Notes under the pieces: generated by a model | What the model was told of the DNA's origin: nothing | What the model saw: the letters and a program-made list of their open reading frames with translations, nothing else | Database searches by the model: none | Program-made: the position numbers and the translations under genes | Shown: in pieces, positions 27,061-28,261 of the stretch | How positions within the stretch are numbered: the stretch's first letter is position 1 | Layout: each line of letters opens with the position of its first letter | NCBI GenBank assembly: GCA_030667555.1 | Contig: DAOUVR010000001.1 | Location: 1 to 28,261 of the forward strand | DNA: 28,261 nt | Source: Dehalococcoidia bacterium | GTDB taxonomy: Bacteria > Chloroflexota > Dehalococcoidia > E44-bin15 | Reading direction: 5' to 3'

Positions 27061-27561
27061 GTGCCTCCACCAAGCATCAACCGAATCGGGCAAGTGCTGA
27101 CCCATCGCTACCTCACTCTTTTCACCAGGTTTGCGCTGGGAGGGATATTTATCTTTGCCGGAGTGGCCAAACTAGGACAGCTTCAGGGGTTCGTACAGAT
27201 TGTCCACGAATATGAAATCCTGCCCTACTCGTTGGCACAGATTTACGGCTATGTACTTCCTCCACTGGAAGTAGCTATCGGCGTTTTTCTGGTCTTAGGA
27301 TTACTATTAAGAATCAGCTCCTCGGTGAGCATCCTGGTGCTTATCAGCTTCGTTATCGCCAAGGGCATAATCTTTGCCAGGGGGATGGAACTGCCCTGCG
27401 GCTGTTTCGGCGATGTAGCAGTGATGCTGGGGTCGCAAACTCTAGTCCTCGACTTTTTCCTCTTTGCCCTGGCTTTCCAAATACTATTTCACCGAGGCGA
27501 ATTTTTCGCCCTGGGACCATGGCTCAAGCGCCGCCGGGCGCTGCGGGCGCCTTCTCCCTAA
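27061..27561 (+). CDS. DoxX/MauE family membrane protein
   Basis: RFALGGIFIFAGVAK, LPPLEVAIG.FLVLGL, CGCFG motif. GTG 27061 lies 6 nt after an extended -10 (TGGTATAAT, 27046-27054); the ORF-track start would overlap the tRNA promoter. Confidence 0.85.
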   Translation: MPPPSINRIGQVLTHRYLTLFTRFALGGIFIFAGVAKLGQLQGFVQIVHEYEILPYSLAQIYGYVLPPLEVAIGVFLVLGLLLRISSSVSILVLISFVIAKGIIFARGMELPCGCFGDVAVMLGSQTLVLDFFLFALAFQILFHRGEFFALGPWLKRRRALRAPSP

Positions 27562-28255
27562 GCCATTCCCTCGCCTCCTCAACCCGGCCAAGTTCGGCTA
27601 AAGCGATCCCTTTATTGAGGCGTGCCTTGTTATATTCTGGGTTCAACCTTATCGCCTTATCATAACCTTCGATGGCATCTGCCCACTCCCCCAGTTCAGC
27701 AGAACTATTTGCCACGCTATGGTAAATATCGGCGACAAGCTCCCTGTCTTCCCATTCCTCCCTTTGCGGAGTGTCCTTATGCTCATGGTAGTCAAAGCCG
27801 TAGGGGAGACTGTGCTCGATATCGATGGAGCGCGACCCCGCATGGAGTACAGTGAACACGTGAGGCCCAATACCAAAGGCATATTCCAGGTGAACTGTCT
27901 TTACCTCAAGTCCGAATCTCTGGGCGAGCACGTTAAAAAGGACGGTTAGTCCCAGGCAATTGCCCACTGGCTCTGTTTCAGCAAGCTGGGCATCGATAAC
28001 ATCGTTTAACTTGAAGCTGCCGCGCTGTTGGTAGCGATGATGTTTAGACTTCCATAGCCAGTGGAAGATTTCCTTTGCCCTTTCTACCTCGCTTCCTTTT
28101 AGGCTGTGAGCGATTTCCTGGCATAACTGGTCTGTCTTAGCCATATAGCGATTGAATTCACGCACCTCGTTCACTCCTGAGGCGATCAAAGCTCCCTGAG
28201 CAAGGTCCATTTTTTCGCTCTCTAATAACATTTTCCCCAACTCAGCCGGTTCCAT
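27524..28255 (-). CDS. Transglutaminase-like domain protein with C-terminal TPR repeat (SirB1-like architecture)
   Basis: GNCLGLTVLF...HVF Cys/His core, then TPR (AIEGYDKAIRLNPEYNKARLNKGIALAELGRVEEA). Confidence 0.7.
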   Translation of the reverse strand: MEPAELGKMLLESEKMDLAQGALIASGVNEVREFNRYMAKTDQLCQEIAHSLKGSEVERAKEIFHWLWKSKHHRYQQRGSFKLNDVIDAQLAETEPVGNCLGLTVLFNVLAQRFGLEVKTVHLEYAFGIGPHVFTVLHAGSRSIDIEHSLPYGFDYHEHKDTPQREEWEDRELVADIYHSVANSSAELGEWADAIEGYDKAIRLNPEYNKARLNKGIALAELGRVEEAREWLREKAPAAPGGA

Positions 28256-28261
28256 TCAAGG

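Overview
Bacterial chromosomal window. A Chloroflexota/Dehalococcoidia origin is inferred from gene content and protein style, not proven. Left to right: hisG (cut by the window edge) and hisZ; a ~180-nt structured non-coding element (6S-RNA-like candidate); nfeD-SPFH; an aldehyde:ferredoxin oxidoreductase; a tight minus-strand unit (Zn-ribbon protein, large serine recombinase homologue lacking its catalytic residues, RNase HI, RNase P RNA, biotin ligase); and tRNA-Ile2(CAT). In the centre is a complete type III-A CRISPR interference module (cas10-csm2-csm3-csm4-csm5-cas6) with its own near-consensus promoter. It has no cas1/cas2, no recognisable intact array and no CARF/SAVED-type effector anywhere in the ~10 kb flanks. 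The right half holds an XRE regulator, thiolase, membrane EEP phosphodiesterase, GGCT-like protein, a glutaryl-CoA-dehydrogenase-like enzyme with a Glu-to-Gln change at the catalytic base, two tandem family III CoA-transferases interleaved with tRNAs (Asn, Gln, Leu, Phe), a DoxX/MauE protein and a transglutaminase-like/TPR protein. Best leads: the stand-alone Csm module with a possible eroded array behind cas6, the catalytically dead recombinase embedded in a housekeeping operon, the candidate ncRNA and the E-to-Q dehydrogenase.
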